From positions 4,380,001 to 4,412,000 of the forward strand of contig NZ_CP064923.1 in the NCBI RefSeq assembly GCF_018336915.1: a DNA stretch of 32,000 nt, in the 5' to 3' direction. Below, piece after piece: positions 15,478-24,812 of the stretch; within the stretch, counting starts at the first letter, position 1, and each line of letters opens with the position of its first letter. Below the pieces are notes generated by a model. That model searched no databases. It was not told the DNA's origin and saw only the letters and a list, made by a program, of their open reading frames with translations. The position numbers and the translations under genes are program-made. Origin of the DNA: Acaryochloris marina S15 (GTDB taxonomy: Bacteria; Cyanobacteriota; Cyanobacteriia; Thermosynechococcales; Thermosynechococcaceae).

Positions 15478-16872
15478 ATGACCCTTACGTTTAGTCAACT
15501 TGGTCTTTCACAAACTCGTGTTGATTGTTTAGAAGCGCTTGGTTTTTCCACACCCACCCAAATTCAAGCAGAAGCTATTCCCCATCTGCTGGCCGGTCGC
15601 GACATCATTGGCCAAGCCCAAACTGGAACTGGTAAAACAGCCGCCTTCTCTCTCCCTATCCTAGAGCAGCTGGATCCCACCATAAAAGCACCTCAAGCTC
15701 TGATTTTGACTCCGACAAGGGAGTTAGCCGTTCAAGTTAGCGAAGCCGTTTACCAATTCAAAGCAGATGGCGCACTGCGAGTCGTCGCTATCTACGGTGG
15801 CCAGTCCATTGACCGACAGATCTCACAACTGCGTCGTGGCGCTCAGCTGATTGTCGGTACCCCTGGTCGAGTTTTAGACTTACTTAGCCGTGGTGAAATC
15901 GTTCTGGACCAACTCAGCTGGTTCGTCCTAGACGAAGCGGACGAAATGCTCAATATGGGCTTTATTCCCGATGTCAGAAAAATTCTGGAGCGGGTTCCTG
16001 GTAATCGCAAAACAGCATTTTTCTCCGCCACAATGGCCCCAGAGATTTACAAGCTCTCGAAGCAGTTCCTAAATGATCCCGTCACCGTTACCGTTGAGCA
16101 ACCGAAGGCTGCACCGACCCGGATTAACCAGGTGGCTTATCGAATTCCTCGCACATGGGCGCGATCAACGGTCTTACAAGCTGTTCTGGAACTAGAAGAT
16201 CCTGAATCAGCCATTATTTTCGTCCGCACCCGCCGGGAAGCCGCAACCCTAACCCAACAGCTGCAAACTGCAGGCTACAGTGCCGATGAATATCATGGTG
16301 ACTTAAGCCAAAGTCAGCGAGAGCGATTGCTGGACCGGTTCCGTCAGCGACGTATACGCTGGGTGGTTGCCACCGATATTGCTGCCCGAGGATTACACGT
16401 TGACGATCTGAGCCACGTGATCAACTATGAGCCACCCGATAGTGTAGAAAGTTACGTGCACCGGATCGGTCGAACCGGACGTGCAGGTAATGAAGGCACC
16501 GCCATTTCCTTGGTTCATGCCCTCGATCGCTGGAAGCTTCATGAAATTGAGAAGCATATCCGTCAAGACATTCCCACGCTACCCACTCCAACCCGCTCAG
16601 CCATTGAAGGACGCCGGTTAGAGAAGCTGACTGAAGAGTTGCATAGTATTCTGACTGGGGAACGATTGGCTTCTTTCTTGCCCACCGTTTCGCAACTGAG
16701 CGAAGACTACGATACTCAAACCATTGCTGCAGCTGCACTACAAATGGCATTCGACCGCTATCCTGCTATCACAGCGAACTTGGATGATTGGTCTTCTAAA
16801 AATGGAGGACGTAGTCGGAAATCAAAGCCCGTTATTAATAAGCGTCGGAGCTCTATTTCTGCATCTACTTAA
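15478..16872 (+). CDS. crhR: DEAD-box ATP-dependent RNA helicase (CrhR-like)
   Basis: Q motif GFSTPTQIQ, motif I AQTGTGKTAAF, Ia PTRELA, II DEAD, III SAT, VI HRIGRTGRAG. I prefer the ATG at 15478, preceded by AGGAG (taggagagttcATG), over the TTG at 15415 used by the track. Confidence 0.9.
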   Translation: MTLTFSQLGLSQTRVDCLEALGFSTPTQIQAEAIPHLLAGRDIIGQAQTGTGKTAAFSLPILEQLDPTIKAPQALILTPTRELAVQVSEAVYQFKADGALRVVAIYGGQSIDRQISQLRRGAQLIVGTPGRVLDLLSRGEIVLDQLSWFVLDEADEMLNMGFIPDVRKILERVPGNRKTAFFSATMAPEIYKLSKQFLNDPVTVTVEQPKAAPTRINQVAYRIPRTWARSTVLQAVLELEDPESAIIFVRTRREAATLTQQLQTAGYSADEYHGDLSQSQRERLLDRFRQRRIRWVVATDIAARGLHVDDLSHVINYEPPDSVESYVHRIGRTGRAGNEGTAISLVHALDRWKLHEIEKHIRQDIPTLPTPTRSAIEGRRLEKLTEELHSILTGERLASFLPTVSQLSEDYDTQTIAAAALQMAFDRYPAITANLDDWSSKNGGRSRKSKPVINKRRSSISAST

Positions 16873-16890
16873 GACTGACTTAAGGCCTTA

Positions 16891-16927
16891 AAAACGGGGT
16901 GTGAGCTGTAAGCTCACACCCCGTTTT
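16891..16927. terminator. Bidirectional rho-independent terminator between the convergent helicase and PBP genes
   Basis: AAAACGGGGTGTGAGCT gta AGCTCACACCCCGTTTT forms a perfect 17-bp inverted repeat. It has an A-run on one side and a T-run on the other, so it can terminate transcription from both strands. Confidence 0.8.
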
Positions 16928-16948
16928 AGTAATCAACCCGATCCAGAT

Positions 16949-19300
16949 TTAATCTGAAACCTCATTTTCAGCAGGTTCTACTGCGGGTTCTTTTTGTCTC
17001 GGCATTGGCAAATTCTTCAGCTGTTTAGGCTTAACAGGTTTAGCCACAATGCTTCCCTTCCGGCCCGTCAGTTTCGGCAAGGAGGGAAAGGGTTGAGAGG
17101 GAATATCCTTGGCAGCCTGTTTCATAAATTTCCCCCAAGTGGCCGCAGCAGTCGTACTGGTGCCGGTTGTGGGATAGTTATCGTCATTTCCCAACCAGAC
17201 TCCCGTCACTAGTTGCGGAACATAGCCAATAAACCATAAATCTCGATTATGTTCAGAGGTGCCCGTTTTACCCGCGACTGGACGACCAATACGAGCGGGT
17301 TTCCCAGTGCCCGATGTCACCACCTGCTGCAACATCCAAGTCATAATGGCCGACGATGATGAATCAAGCACGCGCTGCTTGGTCGTTTTATTTTGAAACA
17401 GGACCTTACCCTGACGATTGCGAATCGAACGAATCCCATAGGGCTGGTTTCGATAGCCTTGAGCGGCAAGGGTGCCATAGGCACGAGTCAATTCCAGTAA
17501 GCTAACTTCATTCGCCCCTAAAGCGGTGGAATAATAGGGTTTTAAGGGAGATTGAATCCCCAACTCCCGGGCCAGTTTAATCGTGGGTTCAAAACCAACC
17601 GCCATAAACACTCGCACCGCAGGGATATTAGCAGACTTGGTAAGAGCCTGGTGCATGGATATCCAGCCCTTATAGGTATGGCCATAGTTATTAGGCTGAT
17701 AGCCGTCCACAATAAAGGGGGCGTCTTGAAAACCATCATGGGGGGAGAATCCTGATGCGATCGCAGCCGTGTATACAAACGCTTTGAAGGTAGACCCAGG
17801 CTGCCGTCGGGATTGGGTCACCCGGTTAAATTGAGATTGTTCAAATTCATTGCCACCCACCATCGTCTTGATTTCACCATTGCGGGGATCAAGGGACACC
17901 AAGGCCGCCTGATCAAAGCGCTGGGAATAGCCATCGTGGTACACCACATCTTTGATGGTTGAAGCAGCTGCTTTTTGCCACTTCAAGTTTAGGGTCGTTT
18001 CAATTTCTAATCCCCCCTGTTTCAGCACTTCCTCCGACAAAAGTTCCGGCAACTGCTGCTGAAGATAAGCCGTAAAGTACGGACTTTGGTCTTGGGCATT
18101 GGGTGGCACTTTAGGATTTAAAACAATGGAACTTTTCTTGGCTTTTGCTGCCATGTCAGGTGTAATCGCCTCAGCCCGAACCATCCTTTCCAGAACTAAG
18201 TTACGTCGTTCCTTTGCCACTTTGGGATTACTTAAGGGAGAGTACAAGCTCGGAGCTGCAGGCAATCCTGCCAGGGTCGCACTTTCCTGCAAATTGAGCT
18301 GATTTAAAGACTTGCCAAAATAAACCCAAGCGGCATCAGCTACCCCATAAGCCCCGCTCCCTAAATACACCTGATTGAGGTAGCGCTCTAAAATCTGGGT
18401 CTTAGAGAGTTTATCTTCAATCTTTTGGGATAAACGGGCTTCTTTCAACTTCCGCAAAATCGAGCGTTCTTGATTGAGATAAGTCATCCGGGCCAGCTGC
18501 TGGGTAATCGTGCTCCCCCCCTCCGCTAGCTCTCCTGACAGCACATTGGTCACCATAGCCCGTAAAATGCCTTGGCCATCAATGCCATCATGGTCAAAAA
18601 ACCGTCGATCTTCTGTGGCAATAAAGGCCTGCTGCAATTGCCGAGGAATTTGATTGATACTGACCGTTTTGCGACTAGCAGGTCCATCTTGAAAAAGGAT
18701 GGAACCATCTGCAGATTTCAGAGTGGTTGTTCCGGCACGAACCTGGGTTTCTATTTCCATATGGGTCGTATCCGGCAGGTTTAGCTCCAGAGCAACCCAT
18801 CCCCCTGCACAAGCGACACCGGTTACGCCTAGCAACATTCCTAGGCGTCTTAACGGCCGCCATCGAGACGAGGTTGAGCGACGGACAACTTTCTTGGAGT
18901 GCTGACGAACAGGTACCGGCTCTACAGAAGAAGGGACTACTAATGCCCCCGCTAATTCTTGACTTGATTGTTTAAAATCTGGGCTAGATGCAGTAATTCG
19001 ACGCGGACTATCTTTACGTCGGTTTGATTTTTGGCGGAGTGCTTGTTTTCTTTGCTTTTCTTGCTGTTTCTGCTGGCGCCGTTTATCTTTTAGCTTTTTA
19101 CGGAGACTATCAGTCGACTCGGGTATCGGATCCAGATTTAGTGCTCGATCTTTGGCTTTGCCCAGTTTGGAAGGAAGGACTTGTGAAGATCGTGGATCAA
19201 CAGAAGGACGAATTTCAGAAATTTGTTTAGCCACGAAACGCCCCTCTTGATTGAAAAAAATACTGATTGGCTCTGCTCTATGCTCACCAGATCCTTGCAA
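16949..19300 (-). CDS. Class A penicillin-binding protein (bifunctional glycosyltransferase/transpeptidase, PBP1A-type) with a long basic cytoplasmic N-terminal extension
   Basis: GT51 motifs ATEDRRFFDHDGID, GGSTITQQLAR and RKLKEARLSQKIE. Transpeptidase motifs STFK, SAN and KTGT. TM segment LGMLLGVTGVACAGGWVALEL. The start is uncertain: TTG at 19300, or GTG at 19234. Confidence 0.9.
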   Translation of the reverse strand: MQGSGEHRAEPISIFFNQEGRFVAKQISEIRPSVDPRSSQVLPSKLGKAKDRALNLDPIPESTDSLRKKLKDKRRQQKQQEKQRKQALRQKSNRRKDSPRRITASSPDFKQSSQELAGALVVPSSVEPVPVRQHSKKVVRRSTSSRWRPLRRLGMLLGVTGVACAGGWVALELNLPDTTHMEIETQVRAGTTTLKSADGSILFQDGPASRKTVSINQIPRQLQQAFIATEDRRFFDHDGIDGQGILRAMVTNVLSGELAEGGSTITQQLARMTYLNQERSILRKLKEARLSQKIEDKLSKTQILERYLNQVYLGSGAYGVADAAWVYFGKSLNQLNLQESATLAGLPAAPSLYSPLSNPKVAKERRNLVLERMVRAEAITPDMAAKAKKSSIVLNPKVPPNAQDQSPYFTAYLQQQLPELLSEEVLKQGGLEIETTLNLKWQKAAASTIKDVVYHDGYSQRFDQAALVSLDPRNGEIKTMVGGNEFEQSQFNRVTQSRRQPGSTFKAFVYTAAIASGFSPHDGFQDAPFIVDGYQPNNYGHTYKGWISMHQALTKSANIPAVRVFMAVGFEPTIKLARELGIQSPLKPYYSTALGANEVSLLELTRAYGTLAAQGYRNQPYGIRSIRNRQGKVLFQNKTTKQRVLDSSSSAIMTWMLQQVVTSGTGKPARIGRPVAGKTGTSEHNRDLWFIGYVPQLVTGVWLGNDDNYPTTGTSTTAAATWGKFMKQAAKDIPSQPFPSLPKLTGRKGSIVAKPVKPKQLKNLPMPRQKEPAVEPAENEVSD

Positions 19301-19529
19301 CTTGGGACTTAATTTAACGCAATGTCTCTAAATAATCTATGTTCTGGATAAAAATTCAACAAAAATCTTTGTTTTGACAGGACATTAGTAGCAGTAAACC
19401 ACACTTAAATCCCACCCATAAAGCACCCCCACTCTAGAAATTGCCTGGCTGTCCTATGCCACAATCAACTCGAGCAGATGTAAAGGGCTTAGCCCTATAT
19501 CCCTCTTTCTTTCCTTATCCCTGGCACAG

Positions 19530-20282
19530 ATGAAACACATTTTGAAGCAAATCGGGGGTGCGATCGCATTTTATAGCTGTATTCCACTCCCCCCGAACTG
19601 GCCCTTAGAATTTGAACGAATTGCGCGTTGGGCCCCTTGGGTCGGTTTGCTCTTAGGAGTGGGCATCGGTACCATCGACTATAGTCTTGCCTTAGGGCAG
19701 ATGCCCGTCCTAACTCGCAGTGCTCTAGTCGTCGCCCTCTGGATAGGCATCACCGGCGGCCTCCATCTGGATGGCGTCATGGATACCGCTGATGGCCTCG
19801 CTGTCATGGAGCCCGAACGGCGTCTCGCCGTCATGTCCGATAGTCGCACTGGGGCCTTTGGGGCCATGGCTGGCACCCTAGTGATTCTCCTCAAGGTCTG
19901 CGCCTTAAGTAATCTCTCGATTCCTCACCTGCCCGCCCTAGTGACGACCCTAGTCTGGGGACGAATCGCTCAGGTTATGGCCATTGCCGCCTACCCTTAT
20001 CTCAAACCCGAGGGTAACAATGCCTTCCACACCAATGCTTTTCAAGGCATGGGGGATCTATGGCCTAGCGCAATGGGTTTATTCATCATCACCGTCTGCC
20101 AATATTACGGGTTTCCCTTTGCATGGCAATCCGTTTTGGGGGGTATCCTAATGGGAATCAGCCTATCCCTCGGCATCAGCTACTGGTTTTATTACCAATT
20201 TAAAGGGATGACTGGTGATGTTTACGGTGCCATCGTAGAATGGACAGAAGCATTAGTCCTATGCTGCTTGACACTGATTTAA
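19530..20282 (+). CDS. cobS: Adenosylcobinamide-GDP ribazoletransferase (cobalamin synthase)
   Basis: 250-aa polytopic membrane protein with the family signature GGLHLDGVMDTADG and an ATG start. Confidence 0.85.
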   Translation: MKHILKQIGGAIAFYSCIPLPPNWPLEFERIARWAPWVGLLLGVGIGTIDYSLALGQMPVLTRSALVVALWIGITGGLHLDGVMDTADGLAVMEPERRLAVMSDSRTGAFGAMAGTLVILLKVCALSNLSIPHLPALVTTLVWGRIAQVMAIAAYPYLKPEGNNAFHTNAFQGMGDLWPSAMGLFIITVCQYYGFPFAWQSVLGGILMGISLSLGISYWFYYQFKGMTGDVYGAIVEWTEALVLCCLTLI

Positions 20283-20758
20283 TCAGTCCCCCTTGTCAAA
20301 ATCCCATAGGCCAGCGTGAGCATAACCGAGACTCCACGCTATAATGCTTCTCAACAGGAGCTATCTCGACTTCGGTACGGCTAGATTTTTCATGTTCAAG
20401 CTTTTTTTAAGAAGTGATGCATGCTGAATCTACCAGGCTGTAAACCTACCGTTGACGCGAGGATAACCCGGTCAGTATTTACACCAACTTAAGGTTCAAT
20501 CCTGTCGGTCTCGCCAGGCTCTTTGTAAAGATTCTTGCCACTTTTATTCGTGAAATAGCCAGAATCACTCTACCCTTGCGAGAAGATCTAAGATCTTTCC
20601 ATTTTTGGGTAACAAATCTACGATTAGTTTCCAATATTAATTCAGTTTCCCTTCCACACATCTTGAACGTCCAAGCCCCACAATCTCTTTTGTTATTACG
20701 AGTTAAGCCCAGACATGAAACGTGTTGTCTGCTGGCTCAGTTTCTTTGAGGAATTTGA
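20283..20758 (+). promoter_or_regulatory. Long upstream region and putative 5' leader of rne. Perfect TATAAT at 20340-20345, SD GAGGA just before the ATG
   Basis: 476 bp with no convincing ORF. TATAAT was read directly. If it is used, the leader would be about 400 nt. U-rich tracts are present (for example ctttttttaa at 20401). Long autoregulatory rne leaders are known in bacteria, including cyanobacteria. Confidence 0.4.
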
Positions 20759-22852
20759 ATGCCCAAGCAAATTATCATTGCCGAGCAGCATCGGATCGCT
20801 GCTGTATTTTCAGAAGATCAAATCCAAGAACTCATCGTTGCCACTGGCAGTCATCAGGTAGGAGACATCTACCTAGGTATCGTTGAGAATGTATTACCTG
20901 GCATTGATGCTGCCTTTGTCAATATTGGCGATGCTGAACGCAATGGATTTATTCATGTCAGCGACTTGGGTCCAGTGCGCTTAAAGCGCAACTCTGGTGC
21001 GATTACTGAACTGTTAACGCCCCAACAAAAAGTATTAGTCCAAATCATGAAGGAGCCAACAGGGACTAAAGGTCCAAGGCTCACGGGAAATGTATCTTTA
21101 CCGGGTCGCTACCTGGTCCTCATGCCCTCAGGGCGGGGGGTCAACCTATCCCGCCGCATTCGCATAGAAGACGAACGAAGTCGCTTACGCGCCCTCGGCA
21201 TATTAATTAAGCCTGCAGGTATGGGCTTGTTGGTCCGTACTGAAGCCGAAGGTGTTGCCGAAGAAGCCATCATTGAAGACTTGGAACTCTTACAACGGCA
21301 GTGGGAAAGTGTCCAGCAGCAAGCCGCTTCGACGCGAGCCCCTGCACTGCTAGATCGGGATACAGACTTTATCCAAAGAGTCCTCCGAGACGTTTACAGC
21401 AATAATGTCAATCGGATTGTGGTGGATTCTACCCCAGGTCTCAAACGGGTCAAACAGCACCTGGTGAACTGGAACAATACCAACAAGTTACCCCAAGGGG
21501 TATTGGTCGATCAGCATCGTGAGTCCACCTCCATCCTGGAGTATTTCCGCGTCAACGCGGCTATCCGAGAAGCCTTAAAACCAAGGGTTGACCTACCTTC
21601 TGGTGGATATATCATTATTGAGAAAACAGAAGCCCTCACCGTTGTTGACGTCAACTCCGGCTCTTTCACTCGCTCCGCCACAGCTCGAGAAACGGTATTG
21701 TGGACCAACTGTGAGGCTGCCACTGAAATCGCTCGTCAGCTGCGGTTACGGAATATCGCCGGCGTCATTATCATTGACTTCATTGATATGGACTCTCGCC
21801 GCGATCAACTACAAGTCCTAGAGCAGTTTAATAAAGCCTTAAAAGCAGACAAAGCTCGCCCCCAAATTGCCCAGCTGACCGAATTAGGCTTAGTCGAACT
21901 GACTCGCAAACGGCAAGGACAAAATATTTACGAGCTATTTGGCACCCCCTGTCCCGCCTGTGGGGGGCTTGGAAATCTGGTCCATCTCCCAGGTGAAGCT
22001 GCACCAACCGTGGGTGAGGTGGAACGATCTGAGACCACTAAACCTACCCCCATCAGTACATCCGGTATACCCTTACCAGGCATCTCGGCCAACTTAAATG
22101 ATCAGATCCATCTCGATCCATCGGATGACCTGCAAGAACTTGATTTAACGAACCATCCCAGCTATCAAGAACGAGGCAACCGCCGACGTCGACGCCGTTC
22201 TCGGTTAGGAGATAATCTTTCTCGGGAATCCATCAGCCCTCGTTTAGTTCGCAATGGTTCTACCTCGGATTCTAAACCAGTCGTCAAAAACACCAGCGAC
22301 ACCAATGGTTCAGACGCAAGCAAAAGCGAGGGAAATGAAAGCTCGGAACGCTCGGAACGCTCGGAACGATCTCGAAGCCGCTCCAGCACTCGTCAACGTC
22401 AAGACACACCGCCAGAAGTCATCTCCGTGACGATGACCTCCGAAGAGCAGGATATCTACGCTTTTATGGGTATTTCGCCTGTAGTCTTGTTCCCAGGCGA
22501 GATCAAAAAGCCCAAATCAGCCATTGTAGAAATCCTCGCACCAGGGGATAACCCAGCACCAGCTGCTACTGAAACAGCAGCCATCAAAGTGGTCACTGAA
22601 ACAGCAGCCATCAAAGTAGTCAACAAAGCAATCGCTGCCACCCAAGACGAAAAAGAAGAGCTAGACGAAGTTGAAACTGCCCCCCCCGCCAAAGCTGAAG
22701 TGGCTAAAATCGAACCGGTATTAGTCGCCACGCCTGAACCAGCTGAAGAAAAGCCAGCTGAACCCGCTCAGACGTCTACTCGCCGCCGTCGTCGCCGATC
22801 TTCAGCTCCATCAGCCAAACAGCTTTCGTTAGACCCCAATGAAGATTCTTGA
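20759..22852 (+). CDS. rne: Ribonuclease E (compact cyanobacterial RNase E/G type) with a disordered C-terminal region
   Basis: S1 domain GDIYLGIVENVLPGIDAAFVNIG. Catalytic core VVDVNSGSF and IIIDFIDM. Zn-link CPACGGLG. C-terminal Arg-rich segments NRRRRRRSR (22181-22198 for the six Arg codons) and RRRRRRSSA (22781-22807). Confidence 0.92.
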   Translation: MPKQIIIAEQHRIAAVFSEDQIQELIVATGSHQVGDIYLGIVENVLPGIDAAFVNIGDAERNGFIHVSDLGPVRLKRNSGAITELLTPQQKVLVQIMKEPTGTKGPRLTGNVSLPGRYLVLMPSGRGVNLSRRIRIEDERSRLRALGILIKPAGMGLLVRTEAEGVAEEAIIEDLELLQRQWESVQQQAASTRAPALLDRDTDFIQRVLRDVYSNNVNRIVVDSTPGLKRVKQHLVNWNNTNKLPQGVLVDQHRESTSILEYFRVNAAIREALKPRVDLPSGGYIIIEKTEALTVVDVNSGSFTRSATARETVLWTNCEAATEIARQLRLRNIAGVIIIDFIDMDSRRDQLQVLEQFNKALKADKARPQIAQLTELGLVELTRKRQGQNIYELFGTPCPACGGLGNLVHLPGEAAPTVGEVERSETTKPTPISTSGIPLPGISANLNDQIHLDPSDDLQELDLTNHPSYQERGNRRRRRRSRLGDNLSRESISPRLVRNGSTSDSKPVVKNTSDTNGSDASKSEGNESSERSERSERSRSRSSTRQRQDTPPEVISVTMTSEEQDIYAFMGISPVVLFPGEIKKPKSAIVEILAPGDNPAPAATETAAIKVVTETAAIKVVNKAIAATQDEKEELDEVETAPPAKAEVAKIEPVLVATPEPAEEKPAEPAQTSTRRRRRRSSAPSAKQLSLDPNEDS
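22341..22367 (+). repeat. 3 x 9-bp perfect tandem repeat (GCTCGGAAC) encoding SERSERSER within rne
   Basis: Read directly: gctcggaac gctcggaac gctcggaac. Confidence 0.9.
22568..22621 (+). repeat. 2 x 27-bp tandem duplication within rne encoding TETAAIKVV twice
   Basis: actgaaacagcagccatcaaagtGgtc and actgaaacagcagccatcaaagtAgtc differ at one silent position. Confidence 0.9.
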
Positions 22853-22876
22853 TTACTGGTTAATCGAGATGCAGTC

Positions 22877-23677
22877 TTATAAATACTGCCTAAACAGCTG
22901 TTGAACTTGCTGCCAAGCCTGAGCTGCTGCTTCAGGCTGATAGCTGGCTCGCTGATCACAGAAAAAACCATGGTTGGCAGGGTAAGTAAACACTTGATGA
23001 CGAATTTGGTGTGCTTGCAGTTCAGCTTTAATTTGCTCTACATCTATGGATGGAATCAAAGCATCTTGAGTGCCAAAAAAAGCATAGAGAACGCCTTGAA
23101 TTTGAGGGGTTAGTGCTACAGTCGGCACTCCCCCTCCCGGCGTCATCGTTGCGATGCCTGCTCCATAGAAGGAAGCTGTTGCCTGAATATCTGGCAACGT
23201 CGCAGCTAAATAGGCCACATGCCCACCAAAACAAAAACCAATGGCACCAAAGGATGATTTCACCGGTTCTTGTTGTTGTAGGTAGGTCAACGTAGCTCGG
23301 ATATCACTTAACAAGTCAGCTGCGGTTGTTTGATTCTTATAAGTTCTTCCGAGTTCTAAATCAGCAGGACTATACCCCACCTCAAATCCTGGAGCCTGTC
23401 GTTGGTAAAGTGCAGGGGCAATCGCCACATAGCCAAGCTGGGCAATCCGATCCGTGACAGATCGAATATGATCATTAACCCCAAAAACTTCTTGAAAGAC
23501 CACAATACCTGGCCAGATGCCTGACTCAAGGGGTTTGGCTAAGTAGGCATCGATGGAGATATCTCCATTATTAATGGTCACCGATTTAGTCTGAATCTCT
23601 ACCACAGCAATCTTTTTCCCAGGGATTACGCCATGTCTAGTGTCTCGAAACATCTGGGGTTTGGGAAGGGATTTCAC
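22877..23677 (-). CDS. Dienelactone hydrolase family protein (alpha/beta hydrolase)
   Basis: Nucleophile motif GAIGFCFGGHVAY (GxCxGG) and an N-terminal GIVVFQEVFGVNDHIR segment typical of DLH. The track start is a GTG at 23677, with an alternative ATG at 23653. Confidence 0.8.
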   Translation of the reverse strand: MKSLPKPQMFRDTRHGVIPGKKIAVVEIQTKSVTINNGDISIDAYLAKPLESGIWPGIVVFQEVFGVNDHIRSVTDRIAQLGYVAIAPALYQRQAPGFEVGYSPADLELGRTYKNQTTAADLLSDIRATLTYLQQQEPVKSSFGAIGFCFGGHVAYLAATLPDIQATASFYGAGIATMTPGGGVPTVALTPQIQGVLYAFFGTQDALIPSIDVEQIKAELQAHQIRHQVFTYPANHGFFCDQRASYQPEAAAQAWQQVQQLFRQYL

Positions 23678-23795
23678 GATTCAAGTCACAGATTTGGCAA
23701 CCGACTCGTCTCCAAAATAACTAATTTAAGTCTGTCAATCCTTCTCTTCAGCTCATATGATAGAGGGATTGCTGCTTTCACTTTGCCCTTGGCCT

Positions 23796-24812
23796 ATGAT
23801 GGTCCAGTTTAAAATTCAGCCGGATAGTGAAATCCCGGCCTCAACGCAGTTATTTAACCAAGTCTGCTTTGCGATCGCATCTCGGCAGTTCGCCCCTGGT
23901 TACCGGCTACCCAGTACACGACAGCTGGCAATGCAAACGGGGCTTCATCGCAATACGATCAGCAAAGTCTATGAACGACTTGAAAACGCTGGCTTTGTAG
24001 AAGCCCAAGTGGGGTCTGGAATTTATGTTCGAGCCTTAGGCCAAGAATCCTTACCGATCACGGAAGAAGAAACGGCCACGCCTGTCCCCGAACTCATTGA
24101 GCAAAGTTTAGACGGCTTCCTCCAGCGCGGCTACACCCTCAAACAGGTGGAAGAACTATTCCTCAATGCCATCACAGAACGTCTGCGTGCCAGTACCCGC
24201 GTGATCGTTACCGTCCCTAAACATGACTGGGGGGCAGGTGAAATTACGGTACAAGAGCTCCAGCAAGCCTTATCCATCACCATTCAGTTAGTGGCCCTAG
24301 AAGAGCTATCCACAGACTTAAAAACCCGTAAAGCAGCCACGGTACTGGCTGTTCGCTATTTTGCCACCCAAGCCGAAGAAATTTTGGCTGAAGTGCAGGC
24401 TAAACATAAAGACCCCAAAGCCTTTCGCATTATCCCCATCGATATTTATGACTACTCCGACGAATTAGAGCTGATTAAAGCCCTGCCCGAAGGCAGTCGG
24501 CTGGGGTTAGTCAGTCTCAGCCCTGGTACATTAGGGGTCGCTGAAGTCATGATTTATAGCCTTCGTGGTGAAGATATTTACGTCATGAGTGCGGAGTGTA
24601 AGGATACCTATAAACTGAATGCCGTTATCCGCCATGCTCAGACCATTATTTGTGATCAAGCCAGTTTTGATATCTTAAAAGCCGCAGTCATTGCAGCAGA
24701 ACCTGATTTAATTCGTCTCCCCAAGTTAGTTTGCTGCCGTAATTACATCGATCCACAATCCATTGAGTTATTACAGCGAGAATTAGGCATCGAAGATCCC
24801 TCCGACTCTTAA
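23796..24812 (+). CDS. GntR-family transcriptional regulator with a non-canonical C-terminal domain (possibly PlmA subfamily)
   Basis: Winged-HTH region YRLPSTRQLAMQTGLHRNTISKVYERLENAGFVEAQVGSGIYV. The ~250-aa C-terminal domain does not resemble FadR/HutC/MocR types that I recognise. PlmA is the cyanobacteria-restricted GntR subfamily. I prefer the start at tandem ATGs 23796/23799 over 23757. Confidence 0.75.
   Translation: MMVQFKIQPDSEIPASTQLFNQVCFAIASRQFAPGYRLPSTRQLAMQTGLHRNTISKVYERLENAGFVEAQVGSGIYVRALGQESLPITEEETATPVPELIEQSLDGFLQRGYTLKQVEELFLNAITERLRASTRVIVTVPKHDWGAGEITVQELQQALSITIQLVALEELSTDLKTRKAATVLAVRYFATQAEEILAEVQAKHKDPKAFRIIPIDIYDYSDELELIKALPEGSRLGLVSLSPGTLGVAEVMIYSLRGEDIYVMSAECKDTYKLNAVIRHAQTIICDQASFDILKAAVIAAEPDLIRLPKLVCCRNYIDPQSIELLQRELGIEDPSDS

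Noticed and set aside
19301-19529. Possible cobalamin riboswitch upstream of cobS
   Set aside because: I could not find a B12-box-like core or the conserved paired elements. The region is short, AT-rich and shared with the divergent PBP promoter.
20449-20508. tRNA-like 3' end in the rne upstream region: GGTTCAATCC followed by ...TCTCGCCA, with GCGAGG about 60 nt upstream able to pair as an acceptor stem
   Set aside because: The candidate is only ~60 nt. The sequence flanking the TTCAATC loop does not form a 5-bp T-stem, and no D-arm or anticodon arm can be drawn. It is most likely chance similarity. A tRNAscan-SE or ARAGORN run would settle it.
20479-20661. 60-aa minus-strand ORF in the cobS-rne intergenic region
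   Set aside because: It is K/R-rich with low complexity, has no RBS or recognisable motif, and lies inside the probable rne leader. I treated it as a spurious ORF.
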